Source: Escherichia coli
GTDB taxonomy: Bacteria > Pseudomonadota > Gammaproteobacteria > Enterobacterales > Enterobacteriaceae
Direction: 5' to 3' (one strand)
NCBI RefSeq assembly: GCF_024223415.1
Contig: NZ_CP100507.1
DNA length: 4,051 nucleotides
Position numbers and translations under genes: made by a program. The notes beneath the pieces were generated by a model. The model did no database searches, was not told the origin of the DNA, and saw only the letters and a program-made list of their open reading frames with translations. Below are positions 3,799 to 4,051 of the stretch, piece after piece (positions within the stretch are counted from its first letter, which is position 1; each line of letters begins with the position of its first letter).

Positions 3799-4051
3799 AT
3801 GAATAAACCCAGGTTTAATGGAACTCCTGTTGCATCTTTGGATTCTTTATCTGCGATGTTAGGCATAGAAAGAAAAAGATTGGACTGGATAGTCAAGTCT
3901 GTATCGATGTCGTACAAGCAGTTTAAGGTTGAAACAGGGAAGAATAAAAAAGAAAGGCAAATTTTTGAACCCAAGAGATCTTTGAAAGGAATTCAAAAAA
4001 AAATAAATAAAGAGATTTTTGAGAAAATTGATTACCCTCATTATTTGCATG
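3799..4051 (+). CDS. Retron-type reverse transcriptase, N-terminal 84 codons (continues past the window end; see 1..887)
   Basis: ATG at 3799, open to the last base of the window. Translation MNKPRFNGTPVASLDSLSAMLGIERKRLDWIVKSVSMSYKQFKVETGKNKKERQIFEPKRSLKGIQKKINKEIFEKIDYPHYLH is colinear with the N-terminal region of retron RTs (RQIFEPKRSLKGIQ resembles the Ec86-type IYQPSRELKALQG segment as I recall it). No Shine-Dalgarno is evident, so the start is the first in-frame ATG after a2. Confidence 0.85.
   Translation, partial: MNKPRFNGTPVASLDSLSAMLGIERKRLDWIVKSVSMSYKQFKVETGKNKKERQIFEPKRSLKGIQKKINKEIFEKIDYPHYLH

Noticed and set aside
3774-4050. Two minus-strand ORFs (3774-3974 and 3859-4050)
   Set aside because: Antisense to the RT N-terminal coding region, which is supported by colinear RT homology.
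1-4051. CRISPR array, tRNA/rRNA genes, transposase or IS element, antibiotic-resistance gene, colicin/immunity genes
   Set aside because: No regularly spaced short repeats with unique spacers, no tRNA-like or rRNA-like sequence, no terminal inverted repeats with a transposase ORF, and no ORF of suitable size or composition was seen on either strand.

Overview
This 4,051-nt window reads like a complete small ColE1-family plasmid linearised inside a gene, carrying a retron. (i) Retron: a perfect 13-bp inverted repeat pair (a1 3508-3520, a2 3780-3792) brackets a ~285-nt putative msr-msd ncRNA region ending 6 nt before the ATG (3799) of a retron-type reverse transcriptase. The RT frame runs off the 3' end of the window and continues in frame from base 1 to a TGA at 885-887, with NAxxH, PQG, an xxDD box reading LLDD, and VTG. 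Four nt later a 67-aa cold-shock-domain protein (892-1095) follows, the likely effector. (ii) ColE1-type replication module: RNA II promoter and primer, antisense RNA I, ori flank to about 1876, and rop on the minus strand (1933-2127). (iii) Mobilisation remnant: a bom-like motif and an RHH MobC/MbeC-family gene (2411-2734) with no relaxase. (iv) A cer-type XerCD site whose 30-bp core (2925-2954) matches the ColE1 cer core as I remember it. (v) An 88-codon ORF (2959-3225) made of three 48-bp tandem repeats with a coding-type substitution pattern, and a sigma70-like promoter (3283-3310) facing the retron. No CRISPR array, tRNA, rRNA, transposase or resistance gene was seen. From memory, a cold-shock-protein retron on a ~4-kb Salmonella Enteritidis plasmid (Se72 / Retron-Sen1) has been described, so the system is probably known; this could not be checked here. 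All calls are by eye and from recalled motifs; no searches were run.
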